From Nannocystis bainbridge (GTDB lineage Bacteria; Myxococcota_A; Polyangia; Nannocystales; Nannocystaceae): DNA of 64,000 nt. The notes under the pieces were generated by a model that saw only the letters and a list, made by a program, of their open reading frames with translations, ran no database searches and was not told the DNA's origin. Positions 9,632 through 18,614 of the stretch are shown here, piece after piece; the stretch's first letter is position 1; every line of letters begins with the position of its first letter. The position numbers were made by a program, and so were the translations under genes. The stretch is taken from the NCBI RefSeq assembly GCF_028368995.1, contig NZ_JAQNDL010000001.1, positions 864,001 through 928,000 on the forward strand, in the 5' to 3' direction.

Positions 9632-10859
9632 CGTCGACCTCCAGCCCGAGCAGCCGCTGCACCGTCGCGCGGTCCGAGAACGGCGCTGTATCGTCGCCGA
9701 TCGTCTGTCCCGACTCGTGACCCTTGCCGGCGATCACCACCACGTCACCGGGCGCTGCCAGCTCGATCGCCAGCCCGATCGCCCGCAGGCGATCGGCCTC
9801 CTCGACGATCCGCGCCCGACCGCCGCGCTCCAGCCCCGCTCGCAGGTGCGCCGCGATCTGCCGCGGATCTTCGTGGCGCGGATTGTCGGTCGTCAGCACC
9901 GCGATGTCGGCCGCGGTGCCGACCGCCTCGCCCATCGGCTCGCGCTTGCCGGCGTCGGTGTCACCGCCGGCGCCGAACACCACGATCACCCGCTCCGCGC
10001 CCGCCAGCGCTCGCGCCGTCGCGCACGTCCGTGCCAGCGCGTCGGGCGTGTGCGCGTAGTCCACCACCACCACCGGCGCGCGGCTCATCACCTCGAAGCG
10101 GCCCGGCACCACCGGACACGACGCCAGCCCGGCGCGCACCGCCGCCGCCGGCAACCCGGCCGCCAGCGCCGCGGCCGCGGCCGCCAGCGCGTTCTCGGCG
10201 AACACCTCGCCGACGTACGCCACCTGCAGCGCCCCGCCGAGCGCCTCCGCCAGAGGCGACGGCGCCAGCGTCAGCGCGGTCCCTTCGGCGGATGTCCTCA
10301 CGGACATGGCCTCCAGGTCATGCTCTTTGAGACATGCCCCTCGGGACATGACCCCATACCACACCCGACGCACGTCGGCCGGCGTGACCTGGTCGAGCAG
10401 CAGCGCCGCCGGGTCGCGGGCGTTGAGGATCGCCGCCCCGCCCGGCGAGGTGTGGACGAACAGCTGGGCCTTGCTGGCCAGGTAGTGCTCCCACGAGCCG
10501 TGGCTCTTGAAGTGGTCAGGCGACAGGTTGGTGAACACCGCGTGATCGAACCGCCAGCGCCTGGCGTAGCCGCGGGCCAGCGACTGGCTGGTGATCTCGA
10601 CCACCGCGTGGCGGGCCCCGGCGGCGCGCGACTGCTCGGCCGCGGCGAGGAACCCCGGCCAGCTGCGCTCGACCGCCAGCGGCGTCCCGTCGAGCGAGTA
10701 GTCGAGGGTCGTCGCCGCGAACACGCGCTCGCCAGCCGCGCGCACGATCGCGGCCAGCATCGTCGTCGTCGAGGTCTTGCCGTTCGTGCCGGTCACGCCG
10801 AACGTGCGCATGTCCTCGGCCCAGGGGGCAGCTGCCGGCACCGGCCTCGGATCGCTCAC
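9618..10859 (-). CDS. murE: MurE-like Mur ligase (UDP-MurNAc-tripeptide synthetase), lacking the usual N-terminal domain
   Basis: GVTGTNGKTST P-loop, FTNLSPDH, VPGRFE, DYAHTPDA, VFGAGGD, DNPR, IAGKGHE. Confidence 0.85.
   Translation of the reverse strand: MSDPRPVPAAAPWAEDMRTFGVTGTNGKTSTTTMLAAIVRAAGERVFAATTLDYSLDGTPLAVERSWPGFLAAAEQSRAAGARHAVVEITSQSLARGYARRWRFDHAVFTNLSPDHFKSHGSWEHYLASKAQLFVHTSPGGAAILNARDPAALLLDQVTPADVRRVWYGVMSRGACLKEHDLEAMSVRTSAEGTALTLAPSPLAEALGGALQVAYVGEVFAENALAAAAAALAAGLPAAAVRAGLASCPVVPGRFEVMSRAPVVVVDYAHTPDALARTCATARALAGAERVIVVFGAGGDTDAGKREPMGEAVGTAADIAVLTTDNPRHEDPRQIAAHLRAGLERGGRARIVEEADRLRAIGLAIELAAPGDVVVIAGKGHESGQTIGDDTAPFSDRATVQRLLGLEVDGDGA
10291..10350. repeat. 14-bp unit array inside the MurE-like CDS
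   Basis: Cores at 10291, 10305, 10319, 10333, 10347. Confidence 0.85.
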
Positions 10860-10938
10860 GGGCCGGAGCTTCGCACAGGTCGGCGCGCGGTCGGGCGCGG
10901 CGAACGACCGGCCTTGCTCGATCCCCGCAGGCGGGCGC

Positions 10939-11067
10939 GTCGCCGTTCGAGCCAGGCGCTGCGCCCGTGGCTGCTGCCAGCGAGCCCGCAGGGGGTCGCC
11001 GTTCGTGCCAGGCGCTGCGCCCGTGGCTGCTGCCAGCGAGCTCGCAGGGGGTCGCCGTTCGTGCCAG
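10939..11067. repeat. 56-bp direct tandem repeat, about 2.3 copies, intergenic
   Basis: GTCGCCGTTCG(A/T)GCCAG... begins at 10939, 10995 and 11051. Confidence 0.85.
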
Positions 11068-11171
11068 CGCCGCCTCGTCGTTGTCGTGACCGGCCCGCGC
11101 TCACCCAGCGACCCGCCGGCGCCAGTTCATTTTGCTCGAGCGCGGCCTGCCGCACGCTGACGCGTCGAGCT

Positions 11172-12098
11172 TCAGCCCGCGCCGGTGCTCTCGGCCCACT
11201 GGCGCAGCAGCGCCAGGCTGACCCCAGCTCCGCCGCACACGATCACCAGCACCGGCCCGCGGCCGACGATCGGCGGCGCGCGATCGTAGATGACCGAAAG
11301 GCCAGCTCCGCACGCCGGCTCGACCAGCACCCGGTGATCGTCGAGGAAGCGCAGGCACGCCTGCACCGCGGCGCGATCGCTGACCGTCCACGGCACGATC
11401 TCGTGGCGGCGCGACCACGCCACCGCCTCGGCCGCGACCGCGCGGGCGCCGAGCGTCGTCGCCAGGGAGGTGATCGCCGGGAGCATCACCGGCGCGCCCG
11501 CGGCCAGCGCCGCGCCGTACGAAGCCGCCCCCTCCGTCTCGACCGCCAGCACCGGTACATCGGTCCAGCCGACCGCGTGCATCCCTTGCAGCACGCCGCA
11601 CAGCAGGCCCGCTCCGCCGACCGCGACCACCACCGCGCCCGGGCGCTCCGCCTGCGCAGCGGCCTCGACCACGATCTCCGCGTGACCGGTCCAGATCTCC
11701 GGATCGTCGAACGGATGGATGTAGGTCGCGTCCTCCGGCAGCTCCGCGAGCGCCGCTTGATGGGCCGCGAGCCAGTCGTCGCCGCGCACCACCACCTCGG
11801 CGCCCTCCGCCAGCAGCAGCTCGTGCGAGCGCGCGCTGGTCGTCGTTGGCACCACGACCCGCACCGCCGCGCCCAGTCGACGGCCGGCGTAGGCCACCGC
11901 CAGCCCCGCGTTCCCGCCGGACGCGCACACCAGCCGCCGCGCCCCGGCTGCCACCCGGATCGCGCACAGCCGACCGAGCCCGCGCAGCTTGAACGACCCG
12001 CTCGGCTGCAGCGCCTCCATCTTCAACAGCACCGCGTCGCCGAGCGTCGCGCCGAGCGGCACGGAGCGCAGTAGAGGAGTGACCTGCGCCAGCGACAT
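11172..12098 (-). CDS. PLP-dependent L-serine/threonine dehydratase (fold type II)
   Basis: LKMEALQPSGSFKLRG, ASGGNAG, YIHPFDD, VAVGGAGL, VEPACGA, IVCGG. Start taken at ATG 12098. Confidence 0.9.
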   Translation of the reverse strand: MSLAQVTPLLRSVPLGATLGDAVLLKMEALQPSGSFKLRGLGRLCAIRVAAGARRLVCASGGNAGLAVAYAGRRLGAAVRVVVPTTTSARSHELLLAEGAEVVVRGDDWLAAHQAALAELPEDATYIHPFDDPEIWTGHAEIVVEAAAQAERPGAVVVAVGGAGLLCGVLQGMHAVGWTDVPVLAVETEGAASYGAALAAGAPVMLPAITSLATTLGARAVAAEAVAWSRRHEIVPWTVSDRAAVQACLRFLDDHRVLVEPACGAGLSVIYDRAPPIVGRGPVLVIVCGGAGVSLALLRQWAESTGAG

Positions 12099-12940
12099 GC
12101 GACCGCCATACACCCGCGCGCGCACACCGGGCAAGTTGCAGCGCTCTCAGCCGCGACCGCCGCCGCGGCCCGTGAGCCTCACCGACTCCGCACTGCCGTC
12201 ATCTCCTCCTGTCACAGCGCCACCGCGAAGCGCCGAGGTGATCGCGGCCACCGAGCTCGGGCAGATCCCGCTGCTGGCCGCGCGCCACTCCAGCGCCGGT
12301 TCGGGAGCTTTCACGCCTCGATGGCGGGCCGCTCTCGATCGCCCGCCTGAACCCGCGCTCGGCCGGCTCGTCCCCGCGCGCTGCGCTCGACCAACTCACG
12401 GCCGACCCGTCGACCTTGCGCGACGGATGACATTTGCGACGGGCTTCCGCCCGCGACGAGCGACCGCCACGCAGACCGCGACCCCGGCTCTCGGCTCCGC
12501 CGACTGGAGCGGCGAAAGGGGATCCCCGTCGGAGCGGCCCGACCGGCGGCGTGCGAGTGTGACAGGCGAGCGTCGCAAATCGCATCGCCGGCCACTGGAC
12601 GCCTCGCCCGACGCTGCCTCGCCGGCTGTCATTCCAATCGTTTGCGACCGGACCGGCGCGTGCAGGTGATGCGTAGCCAATGACCATCCCCACCCATGGC
12701 GCCGAACTCGCGCTGTCGATCGTCGACCCCAGGCTCGAGTTCGAACGACGTTTCCCGCAGCACAGCGGGCCGGTAGGCCGCCTCTCGCGCAGTCCACGGC
12801 GCGCCGGGGCGCGTCCGATCGCGGACGGGGAATTGTCGCGCCGGGCGACCGACGCGGGTCGGAATATTTGACTTTTCCGACTGGTCGGCACGTGGAGCAT
12901 CTGCCAATCTAGAAGCCATCCCGTTCGAGGTAGCCACGTC

Positions 12941-13960
12941 ATGTTGCGGTCTCGTCTGCTCGTCTCCGTCGCCACTCCCCTTTTCGCCGCGTCGCTGTTG
13001 ATGCCGTCGGTCGCCGTCGCGTCGCCCTACGCGCGCAGCGTGCCGCTCCTCGGCCTGCAGGACCCCGGCGGCGAGTCCCTCGCTCAGCCCATCCCCGGGC
13101 AAACGCCGGTCGCCCCGGTGAACACCCAAGTCCAGGCCCCGGGCGCGCAGACCCAGGCCACGCCGCCGGGCAGCGTCGCCGGGCCGCAGAGCCAGAGCCA
13201 GACCCTCGCTGCGCCGGGTGCTGCTCCGCTCGTCGTGCCGCCCGGCAGCACGATCATGCAGCCGCAGATCCAGGTGCTCGTGCAGCCGCAGATCCAGGTC
13301 CAGGCCCAGCCGCAGGGCAACGCCTCGCCGACCAGCAGCGCCGACATCGCGACCAACACCAACTCGAACAGCAGCTCGAACACGACGCCGACGGTCACCA
13401 CCTCCACCCGCACCACGCAGCCGCCGGTGTACGTGGCCCCGCCGCAGCAGCGCTACCCGCAGACGCGCTACGCCCCGCCTCCGCCCCCGCCGCGGATCGT
13501 CACCCGCGTGGTCTCGCGGCCGTCGCACGCCGCTCCGCCGCCGGTGCTCAAGCGCCCGCCCCCGCCGCGCAAGGGCCTGATGGTCACCGGTTGGGTGCTG
13601 TTCGGCGTCTCGTACCTCATCACCGCCAGCAACGCGGCCGACCTCTACGACCGCTGCCCCGGCATGAACAAGCCCGGCCGCTGTCGTGACCTGGCCGAGA
13701 ACATGTTCATCCCGGTCGTCGGCCCGTTCCTGGCGATGGAGCAGGCCAAGTACGCCACCGACGACTTCTCGCTGGCCGTGTCCGGCTCGTTGCAGGGCCT
13801 CGGCCTCATCATGGGCATCGTCGGCACCGTGCAGTACCACCGCGACAAGTACCGCAACCGCGTGCTCAACGAGTACGGCGTCCGCGTGGCCAAGAACACC
13901 AACGTCAACGCCGGCGGCCGCCTCGGCGGCGGCCAGCTGACCCTCACCGCCCGCTTCTGA
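12941..13960 (+). CDS. Secreted Pro/Gln/Thr-rich protein with C-terminal hydrophobic segments
   Basis: Signal peptide (..AVA|SP), low-complexity linker, hydrophobic helices, ends LTLTARF; GC3-rich codons. Confidence 0.75.
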   Translation: MLRSRLLVSVATPLFAASLLMPSVAVASPYARSVPLLGLQDPGGESLAQPIPGQTPVAPVNTQVQAPGAQTQATPPGSVAGPQSQSQTLAAPGAAPLVVPPGSTIMQPQIQVLVQPQIQVQAQPQGNASPTSSADIATNTNSNSSSNTTPTVTTSTRTTQPPVYVAPPQQRYPQTRYAPPPPPPRIVTRVVSRPSHAAPPPVLKRPPPPRKGLMVTGWVLFGVSYLITASNAADLYDRCPGMNKPGRCRDLAENMFIPVVGPFLAMEQAKYATDDFSLAVSGSLQGLGLIMGIVGTVQYHRDKYRNRVLNEYGVRVAKNTNVNAGGRLGGGQLTLTARF

Positions 13961-14141
13961 CGGGCCGGCCCCCCCGGGCCGCAGCAGAGCGCGACGAGCC
14001 ATCGTCGCGCTCTTCGCATTTAACCGGCCCGCCGAGGCGCCGACAGACCCCCTCGCGGGTGCATTCGAGGTCCCCGGCAGAGCGGCAGACCCGGCCGTCC
14101 TCGTCCGGCTCGCCCACCGCCGCAGGAGCGCCGGCAGACAG

Positions 14142-14215
14142 CATGTCTCTCGGCACATGCCCTCAACAACATGTCCTCGCAGACATGCCCCTGAAGGCAT
14201 GTCCCGGCGACCATG
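14142..14215. repeat. 14-bp unit array at a convergent junction
   Basis: CATG at 14142, 14156, 14170, 14184, 14198, 14212. Confidence 0.9.
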
Positions 14216-14224
14216 CGACCACGC

Positions 14225-14974
14225 TCACTCGCGGAACGCGACCGCCACCAGCGACGAGCCGATCGGCAGGTCGACGCGACGCAGCAGCCGGCGCTCGGCC
14301 TCCATCACCGCCAGCAGCGCCTGGTTGATCGGCGCGGCCGGGACCTTCACGTCGTACTCGGGCCTGGCCTTGAGACCGCGCAGGCGGCTCGCCACGCGCT
14401 GGGCGAACACGAGCGGGAACAGCAGGCAGGTGTGGTACGAGAGCCGCTCCAGACGGAAGCCCGCGCGCTCCAGCACCGGCCGCAGCGTCGCCTTGGTGTA
14501 GCGGCGGCGGTGGTGCACCGCCACGTCGTGGTCGCTCCACAGCATCGGCAGCGCCGGCACCGTCACCACCAGGAGCCCCCCGGGGCGGACCAGGCGGGCC
14601 ACCGCGGCCATGGCCGGCTCCTCGTCGTCGATGTGCTCGAGCACGTCGAACAGCGTCACCACGTCGAACTGGCCCTCGACCGGCAGGTCGTCGGGCAGGC
14701 TGCCCGGGCGCACGTCGAGGCCGAGCTCGCGGGCCGCGAACTCGGCGGTCGGCAGGTCGGGCTCGATCACTGTCACCTCGCCGAAGCGCGTCATCTCCTG
14801 CGACACCAGCGAGCACGCGCCGCCGACGTCGAGCAGCCGCAGCGGCCCGTCCGGGGCCCAGCGCGCCAGCACGTCGAGGATCACGCCGCGCCGGCCGATC
14901 CGCCAGAAGTGGCGCTTCTCGAGCTCGAACAGCTTGTCGTAGGCGCTGCGATCCAAGGCGAATCTACGTAGCAA
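14225..14974 (-). CDS. Class I SAM-dependent methyltransferase (type 11-like); start may be TTG at 14956
   Basis: EKRHFW, LLDVGG, FDVVTLFDVLEHIDD, RPGGLLVVTVPA, HHRRRY. Confidence 0.88.
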   Translation of the reverse strand: MLRRFALDRSAYDKLFELEKRHFWRIGRRGVILDVLARWAPDGPLRLLDVGGACSLVSQEMTRFGEVTVIEPDLPTAEFAARELGLDVRPGSLPDDLPVEGQFDVVTLFDVLEHIDDEEPAMAAVARLVRPGGLLVVTVPALPMLWSDHDVAVHHRRRYTKATLRPVLERAGFRLERLSYHTCLLFPLVFAQRVASRLRGLKARPEYDVKVPAAPINQALLAVMEAERRLLRRVDLPIGSSLVAVAFRE

Positions 14975-15046
14975 CCAGCCCCGCGCTTGTAAAGCGCGCG
15001 CCGCCCGCTCGACGAATCTGCCACCGGAGCGTCACCGAAACGACGA

Positions 15047-15077
15047 CGGGCCGATCGGCGCTGCGCCGACCGGCCCG
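15047..15077 (-). terminator. GC-rich stem-loop downstream of the FG-GAP gene
   Basis: CGGGCCGATCGGCG / CGCCGACCGGCCCG inverted repeat about 20 bp after the stop; weak U-tract on the minus strand. Confidence 0.5.
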
Positions 15078-15098
15078 CTCGGGCTCACGCGAGGACGA

Positions 15099-17663
15099 CT
15101 AGCCTGCCTCGGGGCAGAACGCCTCGGTCACGAGCGCGCCGTTGTTGTCTTCCCTGCACTCCTGGACCAGGCCGTTGTTGATGCCCGGATCGATCTCGAC
15201 GAAGAAGTTCTTCTTGTTGTTCTTCGTCGGGCCGGGGACGGTCCAGGTCAGCTGCGTCGAAGCGCCGGGCAGCAGCGACGCCGCGGTCGGCTTGGTGCCG
15301 AGCTTCACGCCCGTGTTGTCGACGCCCTCGTAGAACGAGACATCGATGCCGGACGTGATGCCGAGCGCGCCCTCGTTGTAGATGGTCGCCACCAGCACGA
15401 GCTCGTCGGAGCACTTGTTGAGGTCGGCCGCCAGCGAGATGGTCAGGTCGACCGCGTTGAACACACCCTCGCCCTGCACGTTCTGGCGGAAGTTGTTCAG
15501 GCCCGGCGACGCCCAGTTGGCCTCCTCGGTCATCGGCGGGTTGCCGGCCGAGTCGGCGTCGGTCACGTGGTAGGTGTGCTGCGTCCAGACCCGGCGGGTC
15601 GGGACCCAGTTGTCACCGCCGGCGCCGTACACGAACACGCCCTTGCGCGCGGTGAAGCCCGGCGTCTTGGCCTGGCAGTCGGTGACGTTCTTGGCCTCGG
15701 CGAAGTTGGCGACCACCACGAACTCGGAGTTGCCGTCGCCGTCGATGTCGGCCACGAGCGGGTACTCGTGGATCGTCGCGCTCGAGTTCATGATCTGCAG
15801 CTGCACCGCCCCGGTCGCGCCGTCGTACACGCGGGCGAAGCACTCGTCCTGGTACGCGACCTCGGCCTTGCCGTCGCCCTGGAAGTCGAACACCGACGAG
15901 CCCGTGGCGGCCGACGAGTTGTCCTGGATCGCAGCGGTCCAGCGGGCGTACATCGCCCCGGCCACCGGCGCCGGGTCGGCGGGCAGCTTGACCACCGTCT
16001 CGCCCGAGCGGTTGAAGTCGTAGACCGCGTAGGCCACGCCGCCGGCGACGCCGGCCTCGGGGCGACCGTCGCCGTCGAAGTCGGCGATGGTCGCCGGGCC
16101 GCCGAGGTTCGCGCCCTTGATCTGGATCGGCTGGGTCCGCAGAGCCGGGTTCTGCTGGCACATCGCGTCGGTCGGATCGACGCCGCACCACAGCGTACCG
16201 GTCTGGCCGTTGATGACGCGGATCGCCGGCCAGGCGACCAGCACCACCTCGGGCTTGCCGTCGCCGTCGAGGTCGGCGACCGACGGCCAGCCGTCGTTGT
16301 TGTGGCTGGGGCCCGGGTTGGTCTTGTTGGACCAGAACAGGGTCATCGTCACCGACGGCGGGTTACCGGGCACCCACTCGATCTTCCACGCGTCGCGGCC
16401 GGTGATGAGCTCGGCCTTGTTGTCGCCGTCGAGGTCGGCGAAGGTCGCCACGCCGCCGGGGTAGATCGGCGTGTTGCCGTTCATCGGCGTGCCGTACATC
16501 GCCCCCCACGGCTGGTTGTTCGGGCCCCACGGCTGGTTCCACACCATCAGGCCGTCGTCGTCGAAGATGGTGCCGCCGAACGCGATCTCGGCCTCGGGGT
16601 CGTTGTCGAGGTTGACCACCGCCGCGGCGGCGTTCTCGATGCGGACCTTGGCCACCGCGTTGTTCGAGGTGCGGGCCGTCCACAGCAGCGCGCCCATGCC
16701 GTCGACCGCGTGGACCGGGGAGATGTGGTTGTTCCCCTCCTCGCGGCCGGCGTAGATGATGTCGGGCAGGCCGTCGCCGCTCACGTCGGCGACCGCGACC
16801 GAGGCGCGGCCGTGCGAGCCGAACTTCATCATCGCCGGGTTGTGGCTGATGCGCCACTTCTCCTGCCCGGTCGCGCCGTCGATCAGCACGATCTCGCCGA
16901 GCGGGTAGCTGCCGGGCATGTTGTCGATGCGGGTCGTGTTGACGACCACGTCGGGCACGCCGTCGCCGTCGACGTCGGCGATCACGGGCAGCGTGATGAC
17001 CTCGTTGGCGGTCCACGCCCACTCGAGCTGGACATCGATGTCGTCGAACGTCGGCACGACCTCGCAGTCGAGCGGGTCGGGCTGCGGCAGGCACTGACCG
17101 AACAGCGGCTCGCAGTAGAAGCCCGGGTCGCAGTCGTACGAGTCGGCGCATTCTCCCGCCGGCTGCTCGCACACGTCACCGAGGCACACCGCGCCCTCGT
17201 CGCAGCAGATCGACTTGTCCTCGCCGCAGCGGATGCCGCTCAGGCACTCGGGCAGGCAGGCTCCGTCGACGCACTCTTCAGCGGCAGCGCAGCACTGGGC
17301 CGGCTCGCCGCAGAGGATCGTCATGCACATGTCGAGGGTCTCGCCCACCGGCCCCGTCGAGGTCGACGTCGTGCCATCGGTGGTCGTGTCGACCGTCGTG
17401 CTCGTGGTCGACGTCGGCTCGACCGTGGTCGAAGTCGTCGTCGTGCCGGACGCCGTCATGCCCGAGTCGGTGACCTCGGTCGTCGGGGTCGTGTCCGTGC
17501 TCGGGGCGGTCGTCGAAGTCGTCGGGCTGGTGCTGGTGTCACCGGTCGACGTGTCGGTGTCCGTGCCCGTTGCGACGTTGGTGGCGTCGCCGCACGCGGC
17601 CAGCGCGGGGCTGAGCAGCGCAAGGCCGGAGAGTGCCCAATAACGCGCTAAGTACGTGTTCAT
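15099..17663 (-). CDS. FG-GAP repeat lipoprotein with Thr-rich stalk, Cys-rich segment and C-terminal CARDB-like domain
   Basis: Lipobox LAAC; repeated D(V/L/F)DGDG(x)PE/D loops; ends VQECREDNN. Start taken at ATG 17663. Confidence 0.88.
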   Translation of the reverse strand: MNTYLARYWALSGLALLSPALAACGDATNVATGTDTDTSTGDTSTSPTTSTTAPSTDTTPTTEVTDSGMTASGTTTTSTTVEPTSTTSTTVDTTTDGTTSTSTGPVGETLDMCMTILCGEPAQCCAAAEECVDGACLPECLSGIRCGEDKSICCDEGAVCLGDVCEQPAGECADSYDCDPGFYCEPLFGQCLPQPDPLDCEVVPTFDDIDVQLEWAWTANEVITLPVIADVDGDGVPDVVVNTTRIDNMPGSYPLGEIVLIDGATGQEKWRISHNPAMMKFGSHGRASVAVADVSGDGLPDIIYAGREEGNNHISPVHAVDGMGALLWTARTSNNAVAKVRIENAAAAVVNLDNDPEAEIAFGGTIFDDDGLMVWNQPWGPNNQPWGAMYGTPMNGNTPIYPGGVATFADLDGDNKAELITGRDAWKIEWVPGNPPSVTMTLFWSNKTNPGPSHNNDGWPSVADLDGDGKPEVVLVAWPAIRVINGQTGTLWCGVDPTDAMCQQNPALRTQPIQIKGANLGGPATIADFDGDGRPEAGVAGGVAYAVYDFNRSGETVVKLPADPAPVAGAMYARWTAAIQDNSSAATGSSVFDFQGDGKAEVAYQDECFARVYDGATGAVQLQIMNSSATIHEYPLVADIDGDGNSEFVVVANFAEAKNVTDCQAKTPGFTARKGVFVYGAGGDNWVPTRRVWTQHTYHVTDADSAGNPPMTEEANWASPGLNNFRQNVQGEGVFNAVDLTISLAADLNKCSDELVLVATIYNEGALGITSGIDVSFYEGVDNTGVKLGTKPTAASLLPGASTQLTWTVPGPTKNNKKNFFVEIDPGINNGLVQECREDNNGALVTEAFCPEAG

Positions 17664-17981
17664 GTGGATATTTAGCCATACTGAGCGGCCCCGGACCACG
17701 CAACAAATCAGCATTTTTTCGCGGCCGCGGGACCACGTCGCTGGGCCGGACGGATGGCCGAGCGCGACATTTGGATCATGCCCTCCGCGCGTACGAGCCC
17801 TCGCGCGGCTTTCGCCGCAGCGTGACTTTTATTCACCTCGAGGGCCGCGGCGTGACACCACCGGCAGCCGCGACGGCGATCGTGCAGACGTCGCATTCGC
17901 CCGAGATCTGCCCGTAAACGCCTCCAGACGCAGATCTGCAGCCGCGTCGCTGACCACGACGAAAGGTTCGATCGCCATGAT

Positions 17982-18608
17982 CTATGCGCCGGGCACCAGC
18001 GGCGGAGGGCTCGCCACCGCCTCGCCGCGCGTCGCGACAGCGACCTCTTCGGGCACGTAATTGCCGCCCGACAGCAGGAACTTGAACACCTCGTCGACCG
18101 CCAGCGAGGTCGGCCGGCACCGCGACAGCGGCACGAACAGGACCCGGCCGACCATCGGGTTCGGCGTGGTCGGCACGAACACACAGACCGCGTCGGTGCC
18201 GGCGCCGATGGGCTCGCCGCTGGTGAACGCGAGGTGCCACGCGTCGCCGTCGAGGCGGACCAGCACGACCTTGGAGTAGATGCCGCTGCTCCCGCCGGGC
18301 GTCAGCGAGATCTGCTTCCACGCCTTGTAAAGCTCGGCCAGCACCGGCACGCGCAGCAGCAGGCGATCGATCGCCGCCAACAGGTAGCGGCCGATCAGGC
18401 TGCGCACCAGCAGGCCGAGCGCGAAGATCCCGACCAGGGCCAGAGCCACGCCCGCGAACGGCACGTCGAGCCCGACCCATTCTTTGAGCGGGTCGCGCGT
18501 GAGGTGGTCGACGTACCACAGCACGAACACCGTGACGACGAGCGGGATCGCGGCGAAGACCCCGGCGAGGAAGGTATTACGGGCGAAGTTCTTGGCGTCC
18601 GCGATCAT
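17982..18608 (-). CDS. DUF502-like membrane protein
   Basis: FLAGVFAAIPLVVT, two TM helices, RVPVLAELYKAWKQI, VFVPTTPNPMVG, FKFLLSGG. Confidence 0.85.
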   Translation of the reverse strand: MIADAKNFARNTFLAGVFAAIPLVVTVFVLWYVDHLTRDPLKEWVGLDVPFAGVALALVGIFALGLLVRSLIGRYLLAAIDRLLLRVPVLAELYKAWKQISLTPGGSSGIYSKVVLVRLDGDAWHLAFTSGEPIGAGTDAVCVFVPTTPNPMVGRVLFVPLSRCRPTSLAVDEVFKFLLSGGNYVPEEVAVATRGEAVASPPPLVPGA

Positions 18609-18614
18609 CTCGAT

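Noticed and set aside
12135-12940. ORFs or ncRNA in the 800-bp divergent intergenic region
   Set aside because: No recognisable protein motif, codon bias or RNA family.
14142-14215. 14-bp arrays as CRISPR arrays
   Set aside because: The period is only 14 bp, there is no 25-45 bp repeat/spacer structure, and there are no cas genes.
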